The notes under the pieces were generated by a model. That model did not search any database. It saw only the letters and a program-made list of their open reading frames with translations, and was not told where the DNA came from. Below are positions 1-7,413 of a stretch of DNA of 43,266 nt, piece after piece. Numbering within the stretch: position 1 is the first letter of the stretch; each line of letters begins with the position of its first letter. Position numbers and translations under genes: made by a program. Origin of the DNA: a virus; IMG/VR virus record IMGVR_UViG_3300045988_018111, positions 1 to 43,266 of that record. One strand, given 5' to 3'.

Positions 1-141
1 ACGCCATCTTTTATTTCTCACCACGGGCGTGGAAACTTTCTCTCCCTCTTCCTGTGCTCTCCCTTGTATAGTTACATACACACAACATAGATACATCCTG
101 CATATAGCACCCTCTCCCGAAAGAAAAGAAATATAAAAGAA
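1..141. repeat. Terminal overlap, left copy (identical to 43126..43266)
   Basis: Compared base by base: acgccatcttttatttctcaccacgggcgtgg...aagaaatataaaagaa is present at both window ends, 141/141 identical, direct orientation. Confidence 0.97.
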
Positions 142-165
142 AAGAAAGGGGTTCTCCCTCACGGC

Positions 166-199
166 AAAAAGAGAAGCAGGGCTTTCGCCCCGCCTCTTC
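166..199 (-). terminator. Rho-independent terminator closing the early operon
   Basis: Minus strand GAAGAGGCGGGGC-GAAA-GCCCTGCTTCTC hairpin (with G:U pairs) followed by TTTTT, directly after the stop of 200..676. Confidence 0.7.
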
Positions 200-676
200 T
201 TATGCCATTTTGAGCTTTCTTTTGAGCCACGCCCACAGGTTGTGCCACGGGTGGGCTTCTGCGTAATTGGCGCGCCCAAGCTCAAAAGCGGCTCTATCCG
301 TCATTTTAGTTACGTCATTCCGCAGCGCGTTCTTTTCAGCTGCAGAATCCGTCAACTCTGCATTCGCCCGCCAAAGCGCCGCCTCGGTGGCATCGAGCTT
401 GTTCCGCATCGCGTCCGCGTCAGCTTTCAGATTCGCGATCACATTCTCGCGGGTGATGGCCTTGCCATTCATCTGGCTAATCTGCTCAGTCAGAGCGGCG
501 TTCTTTCGCTGCATCGCCGCCTTTAAATTCGCATATTCGGCAATCAGATCATTCTTCTCGTCGATACAGTTTTTCAGCTCGATGATCTCTGCTTCAAGCG
601 CCGCAGTCTTCTCCTGCGCGTCCTCCACCATCTTCGCCATCTGGTCTTTGGTGTACTTTTTGATGTTGATGCTCAT
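200..676 (-). CDS. Hypothetical coiled-coil protein (158 aa), last gene of early operon
   Basis: ORF track. ATGA overlap with upstream gene. Heptad-like A/E/K/L-rich sequence. No recognisable catalytic motif. Confidence 0.75.
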   Translation of the reverse strand: MSINIKKYTKDQMAKMVEDAQEKTAALEAEIIELKNCIDEKNDLIAEYANLKAAMQRKNAALTEQISQMNGKAITRENVIANLKADADAMRNKLDATEAALWRANAELTDSAAEKNALRNDVTKMTDRAAFELGRANYAEAHPWHNLWAWLKRKLKMA

Positions 677-1140
677 TCGGCCACCGCTTCCCCGACGATC
701 ACCCAGTCATCAGCCAGCATGTCGGCCTGCGAGGCTAGCCATCCGAGCTGTACGCCGGACGTGCCAACAAAGGCAAGCGCTTTGTTTCCGATGGCCTCGT
801 GATTGGCGTTAATTACCTCGTGCACGGCGTTCTCGTAGCTGATACGCTCCGCAAGCTCGACGTACTGGTTCTTACCGTTCCAACCGCGGCGTGCGATCTT
901 CATTCCTTTCTTCGCTGCCTCGATAGCAAGTCCAAAGCTCAGCCCGTCAGTCGGGCGATACGCCTCTTCAAAAACCTGCTTCGGGCTGAAAGATTCGTAC
1001 CCGTCAGGGTAGCGGACTTTGTAGCCATCTTCCTCGGTGTCCATGCTTCTCGGGATGGGATGGGTCTTCTCGTAAACTTTGCCGCCCTTGCGGATAGCCG
1101 GTGCCGCCTCGATAAGTTTCGTTCCGATGTACTTTTTCAT
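673..1140 (-). CDS. DUF2829 (Tad2-family-like) protein with N-terminal YIGTK...SPK..FE.AY module
   Basis: C-terminal half FGLAIEAAKKGMKIARRGWNGKNQYV...GWLASQADMLADDWVIV matches the hallmark DUF2829 pattern (A.kGkkvaR.gWnGk ... WlaSq.DmLaeDW). The N-terminal domain is of the kind commonly fused to it in phages. Confidence 0.75.
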   Translation of the reverse strand: MKKYIGTKLIEAAPAIRKGGKVYEKTHPIPRSMDTEEDGYKVRYPDGYESFSPKQVFEEAYRPTDGLSFGLAIEAAKKGMKIARRGWNGKNQYVELAERISYENAVHEVINANHEAIGNKALAFVGTSGVQLGWLASQADMLADDWVIVGEAVAE

Positions 1141-1172
1141 AGCAAAATTCCTTTCTTTTTCGCCCGCAGGCG

Positions 1173-1325
1173 TTATTTCATTTGTAGCTGTTCTTCCCGC
1201 CCCCGGTCGCTCTCGATCTTCACGACCTTACAGTCTCCGTAGCGCTCAATGTCCATGGCGATGCGCTCCTTAATGCCCTGCGCGTCAGCGGCGGGGACGT
1301 TGGCTTTAATCGTGATCGTTAGCAT
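1173..1325 (-). CDS. Small hypothetical protein (50 aa)
   Basis: Internal ATG at 1325 preceded by GGAGG. The longer track ORF N-terminus overlaps the upstream gene and looks Arg-rich and spurious. Confidence 0.5.
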   Translation of the reverse strand: MLTITIKANVPAADAQGIKERIAMDIERYGDCKVVKIESDRGREEQLQMK

Positions 1326-1563
1326 GGAGCGCCTCCATCTCAATCTCAAGCGAACGTTCGCGCAAGTCTCCAAATCCATACTCGTCTTGCCATCCTAACT
1401 CAGAAGACGCTTTCTGACAGCTCTCGCACAGATAGCACGTCCACGGCGTTCCATCGAAAACGCAACTGCGCTCCATCATAGCCCCTTGCTCGAATTTGCG
1501 CCCGCAACCAAAGCACACATGAGCCGCCCGCGTTTTAACAACTTTTCGCCCGACAACGTCCAT
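1306..1563 (-). CDS. Cys-rich zinc-finger-like protein (85 aa)
   Basis: CFGCG...CYLCESC cysteine pairs. ORF track. Confidence 0.6.
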   Translation of the reverse strand: MDVVGRKVVKTRAAHVCFGCGRKFEQGAMMERSCVFDGTPWTCYLCESCQKASSELGWQDEYGFGDLRERSLEIEMEALHANDHD

Positions 1564-1617
1564 TCATTACCCCTCCTTCGGCTCTCCGTAGCTGCAAAAA
1601 TCGTCACCGCTCACGTT

Positions 1618-2313
1618 TCATCGCACGCCACCTCCCGAAAAAAACAAACTCCCTTGTGAGATGCATTCCTCAAAGCGCCTTTCCTGCGCTTCGTAGTAGT
1701 GCTCGTCAATTTCGTACCCCACAAAATCGAGTCCAAGCTCCAATGCAGCGATGCGGCTGCTTCCGCTGCCGAGGTGTGTATCGAGTATCTTGTCTCCGGG
1801 CTTGGCGTACTTCTGCAGCAACCACACGTAAAGCGCCACAGGCTTCTGCGTCGGATGGATGCGCTGCTCGTTCAGTGCCTTATTCCCTTGCTGGATAAAC
1901 CCCTCTGCGATGCTTTTGCCCTGCATCATGCCATTCCACATGTAGCGGAAAAGCCGCACGCTGTCATGGCAGTTTGTAGCTGCGATCTCGCAATCGCTAA
2001 AAGAGCTGCCCTCGTTGCACTTGTCCCAAACAATGCGCCCCGGCGCAAAGTGATAGTCGAAATAGTTGCAGCCCCAAACGATATAGCGCTTTGCGACCCG
2101 TTCCAGCTCATCGAAATATTCACATGTCGGAATGTCCCACTTCGGCGATATGTGGTAGGCTCTGTGCACGCCGATTTTGCTGACCTTGCAGCCATAATAT
2201 CCGCGCCGCTCCGGCCCGCTGAAATACGGCGGATCGACCACAGCGAGGTCAAAAGCCTTGTCCGGCAGCTTCTTCATCGCCTTCATACAATCAACATTTT
2301 CAGCAATGTTCAT
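1618..2313 (-). CDS. DNA methyltransferase, N6-adenine/N4-cytosine (beta class)
   Basis: VVDPPYF (motif IV), HPTQKP, LDTHLGSGSS (motif I) in beta-class order. Start trimmed to ATG 2313 (MNIAENV) behind GGAGG. The upstream part of the track ORF overlaps the ASCH gene. Confidence 0.85.
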   Translation of the reverse strand: MNIAENVDCMKAMKKLPDKAFDLAVVDPPYFSGPERRGYYGCKVSKIGVHRAYHISPKWDIPTCEYFDELERVAKRYIVWGCNYFDYHFAPGRIVWDKCNEGSSFSDCEIAATNCHDSVRLFRYMWNGMMQGKSIAEGFIQQGNKALNEQRIHPTQKPVALYVWLLQKYAKPGDKILDTHLGSGSSRIAALELGLDFVGYEIDEHYYEAQERRFEECISQGSLFFSGGGVR

Positions 2314-2857
2314 CGCGTACCTCCTCCACATAGCACCAGCTCTGCGGCGCGCGTTTGATCTGCAAGCTCTCGTTTCCGCAGGTTCCGTTGTTTTCCCAGT
2401 ACATGGCACAACTCTCGCAATACCAGCTATTCGGGCACGCTCGGCGGAACTCACTCAATTCGCGCGGCGCGTCGTATATTTTCAGGTTGACGATATGCCA
2501 GCCGTAACCGACATTTTCGCCGAAGTAGTTTCTGAACTCTTCTGAGGTTAAGCAAGTATCTTTGAGCCGATTGTCGAGCTGCTTCCCGCTATCGTCCCAG
2601 AATCCGCAGATGTTCACACGGGTAATTGCGTCGCAGATAAACTCGCCAATGACCTTGCCGCCGCCGTAAAACTGTGGCCTTGGATAGTCCGTCGCAATGA
2701 AGTCCTCGTGCGGATATTTTGGCAGCGTGCAGTAGATATAGCACTTAAACGGCGTGTTCAGTTTCGGCTTGGTCTTGCGGACTTCGATAGTCTTTTCGCC
2801 GTTAGCGATCTTCTCACACCACTTGGGGCGGATGCTCAGCATAACAGCCTTACTCAT
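2300..2857 (-). CDS. ASCH (PUA-like) domain protein
   Basis: N-terminus MLSIRPKWCEKIANGEKTIEVRKTKP is the typical ASCH opening (S.rqPwa..I..G.KtiE.R). Confidence 0.65.
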   Translation of the reverse strand: MSKAVMLSIRPKWCEKIANGEKTIEVRKTKPKLNTPFKCYIYCTLPKYPHEDFIATDYPRPQFYGGGKVIGEFICDAITRVNICGFWDDSGKQLDNRLKDTCLTSEEFRNYFGENVGYGWHIVNLKIYDAPRELSEFRRACPNSWYCESCAMYWENNGTCGNESLQIKRAPQSWCYVEEVRDEHC

Positions 2858-3395
2858 CCTTCATCGCCTCCAATGCCGCTTCCGCCTCCTCGCGGGTGAG
2901 GAATACGGTCTTGCCGAAGCCCTTTATCGATACTCCGTATTCCCTTCCGCGAGCGCCTATTGGCTCGATGCCAACAAAGCCAATCTCATTACCCAACCCG
3001 ATCTGCTTAACCTCGCACTCGCTTATATGCTTGTCCGTGTCCAGTAAGGCAAACACCCGCTGGCCCACCTTGCACGGCAGCACCACCAGCCGCCCATCCT
3101 TGTCAGCCTCGGCCAGCTCGCGCAGGCGGACATCGTCATCTGTCTGCGCGAGCAACTTGTCGAGCCGTTCGATGATGCTGTCAGCGTGTTTGTTAATGGC
3201 GTATTCTGCTTCTGGCGGTATTTCCCGCACACTCGCCAAATCGTTAATTTCCTCCGGCGTCAGCCCCGTGTCCTCGTAGGCGGCGAGGCGGTCTTGCAGC
3301 ACGCTAATCCACTCTTGCTCCGTGTATTTCTCCTCGTACTCTGATGCCATAAGGACCTCTCCGGTCCTAAGTCGTTGTGTCAGTCGTTCCATCAC
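2850..3395 (-). CDS. Hypothetical phage protein (181 aa)
   Basis: ORF track. Contains the RLAAYEDTGLTPEEI motif seen in many Firmicutes phage proteins of unknown function. Confidence 0.7.
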   Translation of the reverse strand: MMERLTQRLRTGEVLMASEYEEKYTEQEWISVLQDRLAAYEDTGLTPEEINDLASVREIPPEAEYAINKHADSIIERLDKLLAQTDDDVRLRELAEADKDGRLVVLPCKVGQRVFALLDTDKHISECEVKQIGLGNEIGFVGIEPIGARGREYGVSIKGFGKTVFLTREEAEAALEAMKDE

Positions 3396-4072
3396 TCCGC
3401 CTCCTCACAGATTTCTACAATGTGCTGGCACAGGGCGGGAGGAATCTTTGACCTTTCCATACTGTTCTTCAGCGCACTTGTTCCACCACGGGGAAGGATG
3501 ATACCCATTTGCTTTGCCTTCCTGATGGTTGCCCCGCGTGGGCTTCTTTCGTGGCATGGATCACCGTTTTTGCAAATCGGCTTAAACTGCGGATCAGGAT
3601 GGTTTGTCCAGATGTCAGTTGGCTTCATTCTTGTGTCCCCATACTGGCAGTATGTAACCGTGTAACGGGGAAGCCCCTGCATCCAGGTCATCTTTCTCAT
3701 GCCACCACGGGGATTTTCGATGAAGTAAAACTTCGGTTTCAGCTCACGGATAAGCTGTAAAACATGCTGATCGACTGCATCGCAGAATCTCGCATAATCG
3801 CTGACAGGATCAAGATTGCCGGTAACGAAGTTCTTGCGTCTGTGATGGCTGATTGCCGCAATGCTGAATGTCGTGCAGTCCGGGCTTGCCCATATAACAT
3901 CCGGTCTGCCGAACCGCTGAATGATGTCATCAGCCTTGACCGTCATGATGTCGGCATACAGGTCAATGTTTTCAAAGTGCTTGTCCCACTCGACAGAAAA
4001 CACTTCGTGACCGTGGGCTTCAAACGCCTTGCCGATGCTTCGCGTCCCCGCAAAAAGCTCTAAAACCTTCAT
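3392..4072 (-). CDS. DNA (cytosine-5) methyltransferase, short phage type
   Basis: MKVLELFAGTRS (motif I), WASPDCTTFS (PC motif IV), IENPRG (motif VI). Start trimmed to ATG 4072 (ATGA overlap with upstream HTH gene, GGGAGAAG SD). Confidence 0.78.
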   Translation of the reverse strand: MKVLELFAGTRSIGKAFEAHGHEVFSVEWDKHFENIDLYADIMTVKADDIIQRFGRPDVIWASPDCTTFSIAAISHHRRKNFVTGNLDPVSDYARFCDAVDQHVLQLIRELKPKFYFIENPRGGMRKMTWMQGLPRYTVTYCQYGDTRMKPTDIWTNHPDPQFKPICKNGDPCHERSPRGATIRKAKQMGIILPRGGTSALKNSMERSKIPPALCQHIVEICEEAE

Positions 4073-4314
4073 CTTCTCCCCTCGCATTCTCCGAACAGCT
4101 CCCGGAACGTCATCCCCGTCAAATCTTCGAGCGCCAGCAGCAGCCGCACCGTTGTATCGCGGTCGCCGCGCACCCACGCCGACACCGTAAACTGCGATGC
4201 GCCGAGGGATTGCGCCAGTTCGGTTTGATTGTAGTTCGTCTTTTCCAACGCTTCCTTGAGCGCCGGATAAGCGCAAAACTCAAACGGCGTCTTCGGTCTC
4301 ATGATCTTGCTCAT
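4069..4314 (-). CDS. Small HTH DNA-binding protein (81 aa), paralog of 4311..4547
   Basis: NQTELAQSLGASQFTVSAWVRG helix-turn-helix. Aligns along its length with the neighbouring 78-aa protein. Confidence 0.75.
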   Translation of the reverse strand: MSKIMRPKTPFEFCAYPALKEALEKTNYNQTELAQSLGASQFTVSAWVRGDRDTTVRLLLALEDLTGMTFRELFGECEGRR

Positions 4315-4547
4315 GCGCGCACCTCCCCGAAAGCCTCTTCAAATGTCAGCCCAGTCACCGCAAGAATCGCCTTAATCACGCGAATACTGAATTCGTTCTT
4401 CCCCGTTGTCCATCGCCACACGCAGAGCGGGGAAACACCGAGCTTCTTGCTCAACTCCGGCGGGGTGATACCGGATTCCTGCAAAGCTTCCCTGAGCTGT
4501 GGATATACGACCGTCTTAAACGGCACGTGGTTCGTGTTCTCACTCAT
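4311..4547 (-). CDS. Small HTH DNA-binding protein (78 aa), paralog of 4069..4314
   Basis: TPPELSKKLGVSPLCVWRWTTG helix-turn-helix. Both paralogs share YP.L.EAL ... TG(M/L)TF.E.FGE. Confidence 0.75.
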   Translation of the reverse strand: MSENTNHVPFKTVVYPQLREALQESGITPPELSKKLGVSPLCVWRWTTGKNEFSIRVIKAILAVTGLTFEEAFGEVRA

Positions 4548-4986
4548 TTTCCTGCACCTCTCCGAGCAGCGTCCCGACGGTCACACCCAGCGCTTCGGCA
4601 ATGTACTGATACGTGGTTAAAAAGCTCATGCACTTGCCGGTCTCAAGGTTTCGAATGCTGTTGCGCGATACGCCTGACTTTTCTGCCAGTTTCTTCACGC
4701 CAAGCCCCCGCATGGTTCTCCATTTGCGGATGTTTGCGCCCACTTCCTCCGGTGACAGCATCCCATCCTTTGACGACGGAGATTCCGTCAAAATATCACT
4801 TACGGAAATATTCAGCGCTTCGCTGATCTTGTACAGCGTCGGCAACTTCGGGTAGTGCTCACCCTTTTCCAGCTTCCCAATATGTCCCTGCCCGCATTCC
4901 ACCATTTCGCCAAGCCGAAACTGGCTGATGTGGCGCACTTCGCGAACATTTTTGAGCCGTTCGCCCAACTCTTTTTCTGTCAACAT
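4540..4986 (-). CDS. XRE-family protein with two tandem HTH domains (148 aa)
   Basis: Two Cro/C1-type units: ISQFRLGEMVECGQGHIGKLEKG and GVKKLAEKSGVSRNSIRNLETG. Confidence 0.8.
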   Translation of the reverse strand: MLTEKELGERLKNVREVRHISQFRLGEMVECGQGHIGKLEKGEHYPKLPTLYKISEALNISVSDILTESPSSKDGMLSPEEVGANIRKWRTMRGLGVKKLAEKSGVSRNSIRNLETGKCMSFLTTYQYIAEALGVTVGTLLGEVQENE

Positions 4987-5001
4987 CTTTTCTTGCTCCC
5001 T

Positions 5002-5199
5002 TTATTTTCTCAGCTTTTGGCCACGCCGCGTTTTGAACTGGCGCGCTCCCAAATAATCGTCTTTTGCCTGCGTCTGCCGCTTCTCTTCGGCCTTCGCCGC
5101 CCGGACCTTCGCAATATCCTCCGCATAATGCGGGCAATGGTCCTGGCAGCCGGGATAGCGCACGGGTGGCAGGCAGCTGTGGCAGTGCTCAAAGCTCAT
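5002..5199 (-). CDS. Cys/His-rich small protein (65 aa)
   Basis: HCHSC...YPGCQDHCPHY cluster followed by a basic tail. ORF track. Confidence 0.55.
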   Translation of the reverse strand: MSFEHCHSCLPPVRYPGCQDHCPHYAEDIAKVRAAKAEEKRQTQAKDDYLGARQFKTRRGQKLRK

Positions 5200-5200
5200 C

Positions 5201-5647
5201 TCACACCTCGCGGATCGTGATGCCGTACTTGTCCTGCATCAGTTTCTTTTTCAGCAGATAGTCTTTCGTTTTCACGCCCTTTGCGTCCTCGACCTCGCGC
5301 AGCCAATGCACCGTGCCGTTGCAGTCCGGCCCAGTTGCTCGCTCGTAAACAAAATCCGCGCGGTAGACCATCGGCTTGATTCTCTCGCCCTCGATGGTCG
5401 TGTATCCATCAACGAGCGTAAAATTCGCTTGCAACCGTAAATCGCGAATCTTGCCCATCGCGCGCAGCACTTTCAGCTCGCCGAACCGCGCCGCCTCGCG
5501 CTCGGAATCAAACTTGATGCCGTCGCGCACGACCTTGCGGTTGCCGTACTTGCTTTTCTTCGGCTTCTGCGTGCCTGCCAGCTTGTCAAGCACCTGCTTC
5601 TGCGCCTGCGGCCCGAGCCGTGCAAGGTCAGCTGATGTCAGTGCCAT
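5201..5647 (-). CDS. DUF1064 protein (putative PD-(D/E)XK nuclease/resolvase-like)
   Basis: SKYGNRKVVRDGIKFDSEREAARFGELK... is the characteristic DUF1064 signature. Start trimmed to ATG 5647 behind GGAGGC. Confidence 0.75.
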   Translation of the reverse strand: MALTSADLARLGPQAQKQVLDKLAGTQKPKKSKYGNRKVVRDGIKFDSEREAARFGELKVLRAMGKIRDLRLQANFTLVDGYTTIEGERIKPMVYRADFVYERATGPDCNGTVHWLREVEDAKGVKTKDYLLKKKLMQDKYGITIREV

Positions 5648-6002
5648 CGTGTGCCTCCGCCTTGCTGTCCGCGGGATCGTCCCGCAGGCCGACGCCGATG
5701 ATGTAGTTTTCGCCATCCCTTCTGGCATGCACTTCGTACTTACGATAGGTTTCCCGTGCGTCGAACTTTGGCAGCGTCAGGCGTTTGCCGATGACCGCCC
5801 CCGTGTCGGGGTCTACTGCGTCCTCACCGTAGGCAATCGCCACCTGCGCAAGCAGCGCGTCGGTTGCAATGCTGATTTCGGCAACGCCGCTGGCGCGCTT
5901 GGAAAGCTGCGCGTTCAGCTTCATCAGGTCGCCGCAGCGCTTTTCGTAGCGGCCAAGCTCGTATTTGAGCTTCTTGATCTTGTCTCTGTTTCTTTCGCTC
6001 AT
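5628..6002 (-). CDS. Hypothetical protein (124 aa)
   Basis: Start trimmed to ATG 6002 (MSERNRDKIKK), ATGA overlap with upstream ORF. The N-terminal extension in the track is Arg/Ala-rich. Confidence 0.6.
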   Translation of the reverse strand: MSERNRDKIKKLKYELGRYEKRCGDLMKLNAQLSKRASGVAEISIATDALLAQVAIAYGEDAVDPDTGAVIGKRLTLPKFDARETYRKYEVHARRDGENYIIGVGLRDDPADSKAEAHDGTDIS

Positions 6003-6205
6003 CGGTTCTCCGTCCTTTCGTAGTGCAGCGTCAGCGCCCGGGCGATCGGGCAACGCCGCCATTCTTCGTTGGCGCAGTAGCGCCGCGTGTATTCGTCCAG
6101 CTCTTCTTTCGGCAGCTTGACTTGCGCACCCTCGCAGTTGAGATAGTCGCGGTAGTCCCGCGAGTAAAACGGGCACTTGAAAATGCCCCCGCGATACCCG
6201 CTCAC
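5999..6205 (-). CDS. Cys-rich small protein (68 aa), GTG start
   Basis: A GTGA overlap with the stop of 6202..6585 gives VSGYRGGIFKCPFYSRDYRDYLNCEG...RYCANEEWRRCP. The longer track ORF overlaps the upstream gene. Confidence 0.45.
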   Translation of the reverse strand: MSGYRGGIFKCPFYSRDYRDYLNCEGAQVKLPKEELDEYTRRYCANEEWRRCPIARALTLHYERTENR

Positions 6206-6585
6206 GGCGCACCGCCCGCCATTTCGGCAGCCGCCGCTTCCCACGTCATCCCGTGTTCTCTCGCATAACGCGATACGCTCGGCATGAATTCCTCCTGTTC
6301 GGCTATCCTCTCGATGTATGGCTTCATCCACGCCACCGAGACTCGCGGGGAAGCTGTGCCCCTGATTTTTGCAAGCACTTGGCCGACCTTCGGGGGGAAT
6401 CCCCTCGTATCCTCGGCGATCAGCGCATTCACTGCGTCCATCGCTTCGGCGGGGTCTTCATTGCCCAGCATGTCCGACCAGAGGGAAACCAGCTCTTCGG
6501 CTTCTGCGCGGGTCATCTTGGCATAGGCCTGCGGATAAGCCTGCTTTAAACGCCCTAAAAGGCTAATTACGTCAGCTCTTTCCAC
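6202..6585 (-). CDS. G39P-like helicase loader/inhibitor domain protein
   Basis: GTG 6585 lies 9 nt after AGGAGG. ISLLGRLKQAYPQAY...EELVSLWSDMLGNEDPAEAMDAVNALIAEDTRGFPPKVGQV follows the SPP1 G39P-type pattern (..AYP......e.v.lW...L.d.d.e.v..A........kFpPs...i). Confidence 0.6.
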   Translation of the reverse strand: MERADVISLLGRLKQAYPQAYAKMTRAEAEELVSLWSDMLGNEDPAEAMDAVNALIAEDTRGFPPKVGQVLAKIRGTASPRVSVAWMKPYIERIAEQEEFMPSVSRYAREHGMTWEAAAAEMAGGAP

Positions 6586-7402
6586 GGTTCTTTTCCTCCT
6601 CAAGCATCTCGGCGAATACATCGCCGCCGACAAACGGCCTATTCTGCGGCGCTTTGCCGCCCTTGTCCTGCTCTCTGGCAAGCCAAGCGGTGATGAAACG
6701 CTTAATCCCTCCGCGAGTCTTCCGCTTGGTATGGTTTGCATCGCACCACCCTGCCATGTTTCTGAGCTGTTGCAGAACGTCAACGTTCGGATAGAGCTGC
6801 GACCATTTGGCCCTGTCGTTCTCCGACACGTCGAAAAAAGTCCCGTCATTCAGCGGCAAAGAAATCACCGGCGGCGCGTCAGCCGCTTGCGGCTCAGCGC
6901 ATAATATGTACTCTTCTTTACTCTTCTCTACTCTACTTTTCTCTACTTTACTTTGTCGTTCGATGTCAGCATTTTTTGAAAAAATGTTTACATTTTTCGC
7001 AGAAATGTAAACATTGGGCAAAATTTGGGCAACATCAACCAGAAGGATGTTGTAATCGACTTCAAGAGTTTTGCGGCGGCTGACTGCCTCGAAGTACCTT
7101 TCCTGTATGCCTTTAGAGGTCAATACGTGGTACTTGTCATACTTCTCTTTGTCGAACATCCCTCGTCTGATAGAAGCCTCTATTATTTCGGAAACGACGC
7201 TCCCGCCCAACCCGACCTTGCGGGCGAACAAAAGCGCAACCTCCTCTGTCCATTCAATGTAGTAACCCGCCTTGCCGTAAATCTCTTGCAGCAAGTGAAC
7301 GACTACACCAAATCCTGTCAAGCCAAATTCTGCTTCTATCAGTTCAAACTTTGCGTTCAATGTGACATCAAGCGGAAAGTAATCGATCCCGCTCTTTGCC
7401 AT
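6572..7402 (-). CDS. Replisome organiser, DUF4373 (Lin1244/Lin1753-like N-terminal) domain
   Basis: MAKSGIDYFPLDVTLNAKFELIEAEFGLTGFGVVVHLLQEIYGKAGYY is the typical DUF4373 N-terminus. Contains an internal iteron block. Confidence 0.8.
   Translation of the reverse strand: MAKSGIDYFPLDVTLNAKFELIEAEFGLTGFGVVVHLLQEIYGKAGYYIEWTEEVALLFARKVGLGGSVVSEIIEASIRRGMFDKEKYDKYHVLTSKGIQERYFEAVSRRKTLEVDYNILLVDVAQILPNVYISAKNVNIFSKNADIERQSKVEKSRVEKSKEEYILCAEPQAADAPPVISLPLNDGTFFDVSENDRAKWSQLYPNVDVLQQLRNMAGWCDANHTKRKTRGGIKRFITAWLAREQDKGGKAPQNRPFVGGDVFAEMLEEEKNRGKS
6909..7014. repeat. Origin-like block: five 10-bp-phased iterons plus two inverted repeats
   Basis: tactcttctt/tactcttctc/tactctactt/ttctctactt/tactttgtcg at 6909..6958. 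Palindrome cattttttgaaaaaatg at 6970..6986. atgtttacat-N11-atgtaaacat at 6984..7014. Locally AT-rich inside the organiser gene. Confidence 0.6.
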
Positions 7403-7413
7403 AGACTACTCCC

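Noticed and set aside
1-141. The terminal repeats as attL/attR, IS or LTR-type element ends
   Set aside because: The copies sit exactly at the two window ends. The genome carries its own internal attP next to int. Joining the ends reconstitutes a continuous terS upstream region. This is best explained as circular closure or terminal redundancy.
3484-3722. Two further occurrences of caccacgggg (minus strand CCCCGTGGTGG), resembling the late motif
   Set aside because: They read GTGGTGG, not GTGGTGA. They lack the TGTTAC element 17 nt downstream. They encode the PRGG motifs of the C5 methyltransferase.
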